A stretch of DNA of 64,000 nt, from contig BCKQ01000005.1 of NCBI GenBank assembly GCA_001600695.1, positions 797,820 to 861,819 of the forward strand. Reading direction: 5' to 3'. Within the stretch, counting starts at the first letter, position 1. Each line of letters begins with the position of its first letter. This DNA comes from Ascoidea asiatica JCM 7603. Lineage: Eukaryota; Fungi; Ascomycota. The notes under the pieces are model-generated. The model had not been told where the DNA came from and did not search any database. It was given only the letters and a program-made list of their open reading frames with translations. The position numbers and the translations under genes are program-made. This document shows positions 54,952-64,000 of this stretch, piece after piece.

Positions 54952-57642
54952 ATGTCTTTAGGCGCCGAAGTATTTGGTGCTATTTTTAACCCTGCTAAGA
55001 ATTTTGATAGTTCTGAATCTGCTCCTTTTACTTCAAAAGAATATCCTACTGAAGAATCAAGATGGAGAGCTTTTTTATTTAGTGATCCATTAGCGGTTGG
55101 TGAATTTTTTGTTGGTAATAGAAATAAAAAAATTGTTTGTCGTCCAGATTGTGATGTTTATCAACCAATTAAAACAACAGATAGTTTTGAAGAATTTCCT
55201 AATTTAGATGAAGCTTTAAGAGCAGATTATTCTTCTTGTATTTCTTGTAAACCATGGGACTCGAATGCAATGAAAGTTCAAAGAAAATTAGCTCAACTTT
55301 GTGTGGATTATGTAAATCCACAAATCAATTTTTCTTTTGATTCTCCTCAAGATAAATCAAATTCTAATACTAGTAGTAATTCAAAAAAAAATTCAAATAA
55401 TTTAAATCTCAAATATAGTAGATTTTATAAAAAAGGTAAAGATAATTTAACTATTCAAAATAATAGATATATTCAAGATACCAAAGATATTCTGAGTATT
55501 GAAGATACTAAAGATATCAAAACCTTGAAAGGTGGTAAAGGTAAAGGTAAAGCTAAAGCAAAAAATAAAGGTGCTAAAGATACTAAAGAATCAAAAGAAT
55601 TCAAAGATGCTAGAGATGCTAAAGATGCTGAAGATGCTGAAGATGCTGAAGATGAAAAAGATATAAAAGACATTAAAAATGAAAAAGATGCCAAAGTTAT
55701 ACCATCTGAACTTATACTTATAGCACCTATCACTAATCGTAGACTGGTTGAATTAGCTTGTCTTCATATTGCTTCCGCTTCAGTTGCTTCAATGCAAAAG
55801 AAAAAATATGTTCGTTCTTCTTCTAGTTCCCCTTTATCCTTTTTAGGCTCGAATATTTTTAGTTTAAACTCGAATATTTTAACTTCCAGAGAAAAAATCG
55901 TTGTTAGTAATATTGCTGACGAAAATGAACATGGCAAAAAAATTCAATCAAAAAAACCAAAAAATGAAAGAAAAAAAAGAAGAGGTGGTATATTAGGTTT
56001 TAAAGATTTGGCAACAAAAGCAAAATTATCTGCTTGGCATTTTCATAGAGTCTTTAAAAATGTCTCAGGTATAACTCCAAAACTTTATGGTGATAGATGC
56101 TTAGCTTTTCTGAAAGATTATCCTGATGGTCAGTATGATAAAAATCAAGTAAAAAAATCCTCCTTACCCAATACTTCTACTTCTGTCAGTGACTTTAGCA
56201 ACAGCTCAAATGTTTCTTCTGAATATTCTTCAAGTACAAATTTAAATAATAATTCTGAAGAGATTCAAAATAATAATCATACTCAAAAAACTGAAAATTT
56301 TATTAAATCTAAAGCTTTGAAATCAATATCCCCAAAAAATAAAAAATCATCAGCTAAACCTTCACCTAAAAAAAACATCCATAATAATGATAATAATAAT
56401 AATAATGATACAACAAAGAACAGCATCAACAAAATTACAAAGCCATCATCCAATAAAAGACATTCTTCAAATACAAATAGAAAACACTCAACCACTAGAC
56501 AAAATAGTATCAAAAGCAATAATTCTAACAATTCTCAAAAGTTTCAAACTTTCAATAATTTCAATAATGATCAAAATAATAATCAAAATAGTTCATATAC
56601 TCAAAATTCACAAGAAAGTATTTCAATAAACAACAACTTCCAATATACTGTTCCCAACAATGACACATCTAATTTATCTTCTTCAATGCTTGCCCAAGAA
56701 GATAGTGTTTTTACTTCAACTGATACTAAAACTTACACTAATACAAATACTAATGGCTCAAATAGTCCTGCAAATGGGTTTGGGCCAGCTTTTTTTCATC
56801 AACAACAATTTTCTCATGGCAGATCCGTTTCAAATCCTGAATATAGTAGTAATATGCTAACTGATTTTTCTCTTGATTTTGATGATAATGATATAAATAG
56901 TATTACTCAATTTCCAACTGGTCAGGTGAACATTGGTCTTGCTAATAATGGCTTTAATGAGTTCGAGGTTCCAGTAGCAGCAGTAAGAGCAGATAGTTTA
57001 GATAATAACATGAATCTGTACTTACACCATACTAACACTCAAAATAACTTTGTACTTTCACCTTCAAATAATGAAATATATACTAATGAATTTTCAATGC
57101 CTATGCTTAGCTTCGAAGATATGAATGGTTCCAATGTAGCAAACATTCAACCAAATCAACAAGTTCAAAATAGCATTCAAAATCAAGATCAACTTCAAAA
57201 TCAATTCCAAAATCAAAATCAATTCCAAAATCAAAATCAATTCCAAAATCAAAATCAGTTTCAAGGCCAAGAACAAGACCTAAACCAATTTCAAAATCAA
57301 GATCAAAATTTAAGTCAATACCAAAATCAGAACCAATATCAAAATCAATTCCAAAATCAAGATCAAAATTTAAGTCACAGCCAAAATCAAAATTTTACTA
57401 CAAATCAAGATTTTTTCACAAATCCAAATTTTGCGAACCAAGATACTATTCCAAAACAAAGTCAAAGCCCAATCTTTCACCAAAATTCTTTTCAAAATCA
57501 AAAGCAGGAACCAGATATTATGAATGATGCCAATATTACCAATCAAAATCCTTATGAGCCTAGAAATTCTCAATCAACCTCAAAAAATGTTACAAGTACT
57601 TTCGAGTCAATTACTATTAATTCTTTATTAAGCCCCATGTAA
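54952..57642 (+). CDS. Ada Zn-binding domain plus AraC-type HTH transcription factor-like protein (AdaA/Mpt-like) with N/Q-rich tail
   Basis: EESRWRAFLFSDP-AVGEFFVG-----IVCRPDC...F-NLDEAL-A-YSSCISCKP (Cys63/67/96/99) matches the N-Ada pattern. GFKDLATKAKLSAWHFHRVFKNVSGITPKLYG matches the Ada/AraC HTH. Confidence 0.88.
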   Translation: MSLGAEVFGAIFNPAKNFDSSESAPFTSKEYPTEESRWRAFLFSDPLAVGEFFVGNRNKKIVCRPDCDVYQPIKTTDSFEEFPNLDEALRADYSSCISCKPWDSNAMKVQRKLAQLCVDYVNPQINFSFDSPQDKSNSNTSSNSKKNSNNLNLKYSRFYKKGKDNLTIQNNRYIQDTKDILSIEDTKDIKTLKGGKGKGKAKAKNKGAKDTKESKEFKDARDAKDAEDAEDAEDEKDIKDIKNEKDAKVIPSELILIAPITNRRLVELACLHIASASVASMQKKKYVRSSSSSPLSFLGSNIFSLNSNILTSREKIVVSNIADENEHGKKIQSKKPKNERKKRRGGILGFKDLATKAKLSAWHFHRVFKNVSGITPKLYGDRCLAFLKDYPDGQYDKNQVKKSSLPNTSTSVSDFSNSSNVSSEYSSSTNLNNNSEEIQNNNHTQKTENFIKSKALKSISPKNKKSSAKPSPKKNIHNNDNNNNNDTTKNSINKITKPSSNKRHSSNTNRKHSTTRQNSIKSNNSNNSQKFQTFNNFNNDQNNNQNSSYTQNSQESISINNNFQYTVPNNDTSNLSSSMLAQEDSVFTSTDTKTYTNTNTNGSNSPANGFGPAFFHQQQFSHGRSVSNPEYSSNMLTDFSLDFDDNDINSITQFPTGQVNIGLANNGFNEFEVPVAAVRADSLDNNMNLYLHHTNTQNNFVLSPSNNEIYTNEFSMPMLSFEDMNGSNVANIQPNQQVQNSIQNQDQLQNQFQNQNQFQNQNQFQNQNQFQGQEQDLNQFQNQDQNLSQYQNQNQYQNQFQNQDQNLSHSQNQNFTTNQDFFTNPNFANQDTIPKQSQSPIFHQNSFQNQKQEPDIMNDANITNQNPYEPRNSQSTSKNVTSTFESITINSLLSPM

Positions 57643-58221
57643 TTTTTTTATAGATGTATGATAAATTATCTGTTATATTAATTTTTTAAAATCTTCCTTT
57701 TATTTCTCGTTATTTTTTTCAATTTTTTTTCTCAATTTTTCTATTCTTTACTTTTTACTTTTTGACTATAGTTCACTAGTTAAAATGTTTTCACCTTTTA
57801 GGTTAATCTATAATGTATAATATTTAATTTCTTTTAATATCAATTTACTTTTACCAAAAACATATTTACACTTCCAATATACAACTGAATAATCTTGATT
57901 GCTCAATTTGGTGAGCCGCTCGCTATATACTGCCAGAAACACTAAATACCACCTCAAAATCTTTTTTTTTACATAGTAAACGTCGTTTCTAAAACAGGAA
58001 CAATAACCTCAAAATAATCAAATACTTTTTTTAAACACTTTTAAACCCTTTTAAAAACGGGACTACATATTTATGTCATATGATTCAGCTTATTACTATG
58101 GTCCCGGACCACGCATTTTTGGGGTTTAGTGGGCCCCTCAATTTGGGAACAAGTTACGAGCTGCTTGCTCACTTTTGGGAATGATACAGAAATAAATCTT
58201 GATCAAAAACAATTGCAAATG

Positions 58222-58249
58222 CACGTGAAAAATTTAGTTTTACCACGTG
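58222..58249. promoter_or_regulatory. RRPE flanked by two CACGTG E-boxes in the DBP8 promoter
   Basis: CACGTG 58222-58227, TGAAAAATTT 58226-58235, CACGTG 58244-58249. Confidence 0.65.
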
Positions 58250-58476
58250 TAATATTAGAGTCCAATTGTATGGATTTTGTTAGGTTTGATCTGACGGCGA
58301 TAAAAATTATAAAAATTATTTAACTGAAATATTTTGGAACGTAATTTATTTTTTTTTAAGCGAAAATACAATATAATTCAAAATTATTTAATTGTCTTTA
58401 ATTCAATTCGGGAAAAGTTTTTCAAAAAACTTTGTAAAAGTTGAAACTAGAAAACCACTTTCACTAAACTTAAATT

Positions 58477-59844
58477 ATGTCAACTGAATTTAAAAAATTG
58501 GGTCTTTCAAAATGGCTTTGTGAAGCCTTACAATCTTTGAAAATTTCAACTCCAAGTTCTATTCAAAAGGCATGCATACCCAAAATCCTAGCAGGTAGTG
58601 ATTGTATTGGTGGTGCAAAAACTGGTTCTGGTAAAACAATTGCATTTGCAGCCCCGATGTTAACTCGATGGTCTGAAGATCCAAGTGCAATATTTGGGGT
58701 TATTTTAACTCCCACGAGAGAATTAGCTATTCAAATTGCCGAGCAATTTCTTGCTTTGGGTTCTTCAATGAATATTAGAGTCTCTGTTATAATTGGAGGA
58801 GAAGATATGATACGACAGGCCATAGATATACAAAATAAACCTCATTTCATTGTTGCGACTCCTGGAAGATTGGCTGATCATATTATGAATAGTGGTGATG
58901 ATACACTTGAGGGCTTAAGTAGGGTCAAATATTTAGTTCTTGATGAAGCAGATAGACTATTAACGGATAGTTTTGGAAATGATTTGGAAAAATGCATTGT
59001 TGCTTTACCATCTTCTGAGAAAAGGCAGACTCTTTTATTCACTGCAACACTTACCAATGCTATTAAAGAATTAGAAAATCAAAAAAGAAAATCAAACAAA
59101 GAGATATTCATTTATGAAGTAGAAACTCTTGATAAAATTGTTATTCCTGCTACATTAACCACATATTACATTTTAATTCCTCCCGATGCTTTAAAAGAAG
59201 CTTATTTATTTAGTCTATTGACTCATGAAAATTATACTGATAAGTCTGCCATAATTTTTGTGAATAGAACTGTTACTGCGGAAGTATTGAGAAGAACACT
59301 TCGTATTTTAGATGTACGAGTAACATCTTTGCATTCGGAAATGCCCCAATCAGAGAGAATAAACTCCTTGTACAGATTTAAAGCTGGTGCTGCACGAATA
59401 TTAATTGCTACTGATGTTGCTTCAAGAGGTCTTGATATTCCTATAGTAGAATTAGTTGTTAATTATGATATTCCTGCAGACCCTGATGACTTTATTCATC
59501 GAGTAGGAAGAACTGCAAGAGCTGGTAGAAAAGGAGATAGTATCAGTATGATAACACCTAATGATATTCAAAGATTATTGGCAATTGAGCAAAGAATAAA
59601 TAAGAAAATGAATAAGACTGACCTTATTGATGACGATTATGTAATAAAATCAAGTTTAAGCAAAACAACAAGAGCAAAAAGAGAATGTCTTGTAGATATG
59701 GAGTCAGAAAATTTTGGTGAAAAAAGAAGAATTAATAAGTACAAGAATGAAAAATCCAAGCAGAAAAAAATACCAAAAAGCACTCATTCACGTTTGTTTA
59801 AAAGAAAAGTTAAAGATAAAAAAGTAAAGAAAACCAAAGACTAG
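58477..59844 (+). CDS. DBP8: DEAD-box RNA helicase, 40S biogenesis
   Basis: [74 protein letters not shown]. Confidence 0.96.
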   Translation: [455 protein letters not shown]

Positions 59845-59854
59845 CCCTTTTTAT

Positions 59855-62434
59855 TTATAATCTATTTATTAAATCATCTAAAAATATTGGAGAAAAATCG
59901 TTTATATTGATTTCACTTGTAATCAGATTTTCACTTCTAACATATATAGCATCATCATAAATGTAGCATAATAACCCTTTTTTGGAAAACTCTTTTGTAA
60001 TTTGGTATACAGGATGTTCTTGAATTGAAATCGAGTGAACTGGTGAAAAGAATAAATTAAAAGTAGAACAGTAATCTTCAACGACGTCTTTGAATGAAAC
60101 ATTTAAATCCAGAGCAGGTATAGAACGAATATCTATTTGGCCAAGTAAAAGTTCATCTTCTGCATCCACTTTTTCAATAAGATTCATTAATTTTTCAACA
60201 GAGCCAGCACTATTATGTAGCTTATAAATATCAAGAGCAAATTTAGACTGTCGGCTTGGTGATTCTCTAATTTTTTGATTTACAGAATCAAAGCATACTA
60301 TAAATTTCTTTTTAATTGATAGAGGTATACCTTTGAAATAATTGTTTGTAGATGAGCCCAACTCCCCAGATAAATGGAGATAAACAAAATCAATATAATG
60401 AATCCAAAAATTAAACCATTCTAAGAAATTACTTGCCATTATTTCATGATTGGTAATTTCTCTTGAGTGAAGCCATTTAGTTGTTATAGGCAAAAAATAT
60501 TTTCCAAAAAATATTTGATTTACTATAATATTTAGTTTTTGCTGAAAGCCAAAAAGTTGCAAACAGTCCTTGAATATTAGAAGAATCTTAAAGGGTTCTG
60601 TCATAATTTCAAAAGCCAGTATGGTTTTATTATCATAATAAGAAAGCATGAAAGCTAAAAAGGATTTCAAAAAAGATTCATTGAACAATTTCCCAAACTT
60701 TTCTCTACCAAATATTTCCACCCAGAAGGGTACTCCATCAAGGTTATACTCTAACTCATTTCTTGAATATTGTTTTATTAAGTTCTTAAAATTAAGATTT
60801 TGAAAGAAGAACTCGTATTTTGAATAGACTAAGCTTTGAATATCATCAACAATATTCGAGAATCCATCTTCTTCAAGAAAAAATAACCATTCTGGTAACC
60901 ATGAACTAGGTGCTCCTATATCTTTGATTTGATTTCTTTTTAAAAGTCTAGGAGACCATAAATCAATTTCATTAATCAATTTTTCTTTGATTGTAATGTT
61001 TAATAGATAATAAAAGACATTACTACCTATCATTTCTTTTATATCCATCAAAAAAGAAATAATTATTAAACTAAAGCTTTCGTTATCCCAATTTCTTTCA
61101 ATAAAATTTTTTATTCTATTGAAACATTTTTCGGATACAAGAGACTCAAAAAAGTCAAGTTTAGTTGAATTCTTGTTCATATTATATTGGCTTTCTTCTA
61201 TTAAAGTTAAAGGCGCTAATGTTGATTTCCAAGACAATATCTGGCTCCTTATTGCTAATAGTGCTGATTCATCCTTAAGATAAAATGATAAATCATCTGT
61301 CTTCCATTGTAAATCCAACAAGGTAGAAAATAAAGGATTTAATATTGATAAAATAAGCTCTACTATCTGATCGAACTCAATTAATGTTTGGGATAGATTT
61401 GTTTGATTAGATATAATACTACTATACGATATGGATATTTTTTTCAAAAGTAAATTAGCTTCAGCAAGTCTTCTCTCAAAAATTGGCTCATTTGAAGATA
61501 AAAAGCTCTTTATACTTTCCTCTAGTTCCTTTAAAGTATTTTCAATAGTTCTTCCATCTACAATATTGTTTCCACTGACCTCTATATTAATATTATTTGT
61601 GATTTTTTTACTAAAAACTTCACTCCATTCGAAACTTATTTTTTCGATATCCTTGATCAATCTTTCAACATTTTTATCAGTCAAATTTTTTGTTTCAAAT
61701 TCAATTAAAACCTGACTTCTTAAAGCTCTAGAATTCTGTTTTTTTTGCAAAATGTCAGATAACTCATTCAAGCTTTTAGGAGCCACTAAACCCTTTTTCT
61801 TGATTTCATCTAGAATATTCCAGATATATCTTTTATTTGCTTTCTTAATAATTTTCTCGACTTTTTGGTCTTCATTATCTGAGTTCTCTCCACCGACACC
61901 TAATCCCGAAGGTCTGAGGGTAGTTTCGATTGGTTCGTATATTCCATTTCCTTCTTTTCCCAACCCTGCTCCTTCAATATAGCCCATTTTTTTCAATATT
62001 TCTGTTCCTATCCCATAGTTAGTTTGAATTTTTTTTTTCTTTGAAGAACTTTTAAAATCCATTAGTTGATCCTCACTATTGGAAGCACTTGAATTCATTT
62101 CTATATCCAAATCTATTTCTTGAATATTTTTAATTATTTTGACACTATTGGCGATTTTATTACTGCTCTTGTCATGATTAAACTTATTGCTATTTGAAAG
62201 CATTATTGGAGCTTGAAAAGCCATAAATTTATGTTCAACACCATTCTGACCATCCTTTATTTCACTATCATAGTAATCTTGATATAAAAAATCTTGCTCA
62301 GAATTCGAAAAAATCTGAGATGAATCATTTTCGGCACAATTGGATAATTCATTTTCTGCTTTCAAAGTAACAGAAGAATCATCTTGACTCTCCTCATTAT
62401 TTGCCGATTTCACAAATTGTATCGAGTTTAGCAT
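59855..62434 (-). CDS. SPP382: G-patch spliceosome disassembly factor Spp382/Ntr1 (TFIP11 family)
   Basis: G-patch YGIGTEILKKMGYIEGAGLGKEGNGIYEPIE--RP-GLGVG; GCFC-like middle with Trp spacing (KL--EIDLWSP, P-SWLPEWL); C-terminal SFKDVVEDYC...CYIYDDAIYV. Confidence 0.85.
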   Translation of the reverse strand: MLNSIQFVKSANNEESQDDSSVTLKAENELSNCAENDSSQIFSNSEQDFLYQDYYDSEIKDGQNGVEHKFMAFQAPIMLSNSNKFNHDKSSNKIANSVKIIKNIQEIDLDIEMNSSASNSEDQLMDFKSSSKKKKIQTNYGIGTEILKKMGYIEGAGLGKEGNGIYEPIETTLRPSGLGVGGENSDNEDQKVEKIIKKANKRYIWNILDEIKKKGLVAPKSLNELSDILQKKQNSRALRSQVLIEFETKNLTDKNVERLIKDIEKISFEWSEVFSKKITNNINIEVSGNNIVDGRTIENTLKELEESIKSFLSSNEPIFERRLAEANLLLKKISISYSSIISNQTNLSQTLIEFDQIVELILSILNPLFSTLLDLQWKTDDLSFYLKDESALLAIRSQILSWKSTLAPLTLIEESQYNMNKNSTKLDFFESLVSEKCFNRIKNFIERNWDNESFSLIIISFLMDIKEMIGSNVFYYLLNITIKEKLINEIDLWSPRLLKRNQIKDIGAPSSWLPEWLFFLEEDGFSNIVDDIQSLVYSKYEFFFQNLNFKNLIKQYSRNELEYNLDGVPFWVEIFGREKFGKLFNESFLKSFLAFMLSYYDNKTILAFEIMTEPFKILLIFKDCLQLFGFQQKLNIIVNQIFFGKYFLPITTKWLHSREITNHEIMASNFLEWFNFWIHYIDFVYLHLSGELGSSTNNYFKGIPLSIKKKFIVCFDSVNQKIRESPSRQSKFALDIYKLHNSAGSVEKLMNLIEKVDAEDELLLGQIDIRSIPALDLNVSFKDVVEDYCSTFNLFFSPVHSISIQEHPVYQITKEFSKKGLLCYIYDDAIYVRSENLITSEININDFSPIFLDDLINRL

Positions 62435-62751
62435 TCCACAAAAGGATGTATTCTTTTCATATGAAATTTTTTTTGATTTTAACTAAAAATCCTTCATTAT
62501 TCTATTTCTGATGAACTAACCTCTTATAGAATGTTTTTTTGATATGTAGTAAATGAATAAAATTAAAAAAAATGAAATAGCTTTAGGTAAAATTAGTTTT
62601 TCTAAATTGGACTCAACTCCGTCACCGATTTCTTTCTCAGCTTGATGCTTAATAAGAACTACAAAATTTAATAATTCAGTACCAGTGAATTTAAATTATT
62701 AACTAAGAATACAGATTATGCTTAAATTCTATTTAAAATAAAAAGGGTCAA

Positions 62752-63936
62752 ATGAAAAACTACAAAATTTACAGCTGTGGATCCAACGGTAATTTTCAGC
62801 TTGGTAATAATACCAATGAAGACTCAAATTTTTTCAAAAGCTGTCAATTCAAAGAGCAAAATGGAAACAACACCTCAATTTGGAAGATCAACCCTTTAAA
62901 AATAGTATGTGGTGGAAATCATTCACTTGTGATGCTTGATAATGGAGATTTATATTCTTGTGGGTTAAATAATTACGGCCAATGTGGCTTTAATCCTGAA
63001 ATATATGGAACATATATTGAGACCTTTCAGAAAGTTCCTAGAATAGATAATAAAAAATGGATGGCCTCTTCTTGTGGTTGGGAATTTTCAATATTAGTTA
63101 ATGAAAATATGGAAATTTTCAGTTGTGGATATGGTACTAATGGAGAACTTGGTTTAGGTGATTCTACTACAAAAAGTATAGTACCTAATTCAACTGTTGA
63201 AATAGAAATTCCAAAATCTTCTTTGAGATTGATTAACTTTAATCTAGAGAATTTGAATTTAATAGATATAAAATCTTCATTAGATCACACTGTTATGTTA
63301 CTCTCTGAAAACAAAATGGTTGGTTGGGGAAATAACAAGAAAAAACAATTAGGTGAAACATTATCTAATGCTAAATGTATATGGACTCCTGAATTTATAA
63401 ACATGAACTTGCTAGAATCTCCTATAACAACTATATCTGTGGGTAGAAATTTCACCATTATTGGTTCTAAACCATTCAAAAAAATGAGGATTTTCAGTAA
63501 TGCCAAAACTTTAACTTTTAATGTCCAGAATAATGAAATATTAGAAAACATTAGTTTTCATGATATTAAAACAATGTGGACTTCGTTCCATTTACTTGTA
63601 GATGATCAAATTCATTCTTTTGGAAATAATAGACATAAACAACGTTTCCCCTTGGAATATTTTTTGAAAAAAAAACAAGAAGAAAATATTTGTGTCAATC
63701 AATTTGAAACAGGCAGTGAGCATGGCCTAGTACTTGATGAGACTAAAAACGAAATCTTCAGTTGGGGTTGGGGAGAACATGGAAATTGTGGGATAAATGA
63801 AATTTTTATTGGGGTGAATACTTTCGATTTTTTGAATCCTTTAAAATTTCAAAAAGAATTAAAGAGTTTTGAGAAAATTGAATCCATTTTCTGTGGATGT
63901 GCGACAAGCTGGGCAGTAGTTTCTACAAATGAATAA
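62752..63936 (+). CDS. ATS1: RCC1-repeat Elongator cofactor Ats1/Kti13
   Basis: CGSNGNFQLG, CGGNHS, CGWEFS, KTMWTSFH, TGSEHG, WGWGEHGNCG, GCATSW. Confidence 0.9.
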   Translation: MKNYKIYSCGSNGNFQLGNNTNEDSNFFKSCQFKEQNGNNTSIWKINPLKIVCGGNHSLVMLDNGDLYSCGLNNYGQCGFNPEIYGTYIETFQKVPRIDNKKWMASSCGWEFSILVNENMEIFSCGYGTNGELGLGDSTTKSIVPNSTVEIEIPKSSLRLINFNLENLNLIDIKSSLDHTVMLLSENKMVGWGNNKKKQLGETLSNAKCIWTPEFINMNLLESPITTISVGRNFTIIGSKPFKKMRIFSNAKTLTFNVQNNEILENISFHDIKTMWTSFHLLVDDQIHSFGNNRHKQRFPLEYFLKKKQEENICVNQFETGSEHGLVLDETKNEIFSWGWGEHGNCGINEIFIGVNTFDFLNPLKFQKELKSFEKIESIFCGCATSWAVVSTNE

Positions 63937-64000
63937 ATATCACCAATAATTTAGAATATGATGTATAATTTTAAGTTTATATATTTATTATATACAAGGA

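Noticed and set aside
2537-63551. Many short antisense or off-frame ORFs nested in real genes (e.g. 3238-3594, 46567-47088, 55473-55733, 61431-61715)
   Set aside because: Shadow ORFs caused by codon bias and low-complexity repeats of the host gene.

Overview
Very AT-rich, gene-dense eukaryotic DNA from a budding yeast (Saccharomycotina). CTG codons at hydrophobic positions read as Leu, and a GT91 beta-mannosyltransferase is present, which suggests a non-CUG-Ser lineage such as Pichiaceae (Candida boidinii-like); this is inference only. About 26 protein-coding genes are supported. Housekeeping orthologues: CAF40 (5'-truncated by the window), SEC21, OLA1, CEG1, CBP3, MYG1, YAT1, MIC26, TVP23, IPL1, PDC2, YTH1, STN1, RPN11, FUN30, DBP8, SPP382, ATS1, plus a Cab3-type PPCDC, a LYC1/YGR111W-like acetyltransferase and a BMT. 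Three spliceosomal introns were read by hand and are missed by the ORF track: in MIC26, in TVP23, and in an orphan 408-aa gene whose intron has three non-consensus signals. Most interesting: (1) an 896-aa protein with a bacterial-type Ada Cys4 zinc module, a split AraC-type HTH and a long N/Q-rich tail, behind a 5-kb intergenic region carrying a perfect 38-bp palindrome; (2) the hidden spliced orphan next to IPL1; (3) a minimal PPCDC with the catalytic Cys but no catalytic His; (4) a Pil1/Meu14/Ssp1-like BAR protein with a perfect Ndt80 MSE upstream; (5) a small protein with a ubiquitin-like domain of a family known mostly from filamentous ascomycetes. I saw no tRNA, rRNA, CRISPR array or intact mobile element. 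All homology calls are from recalled motifs, not database searches.
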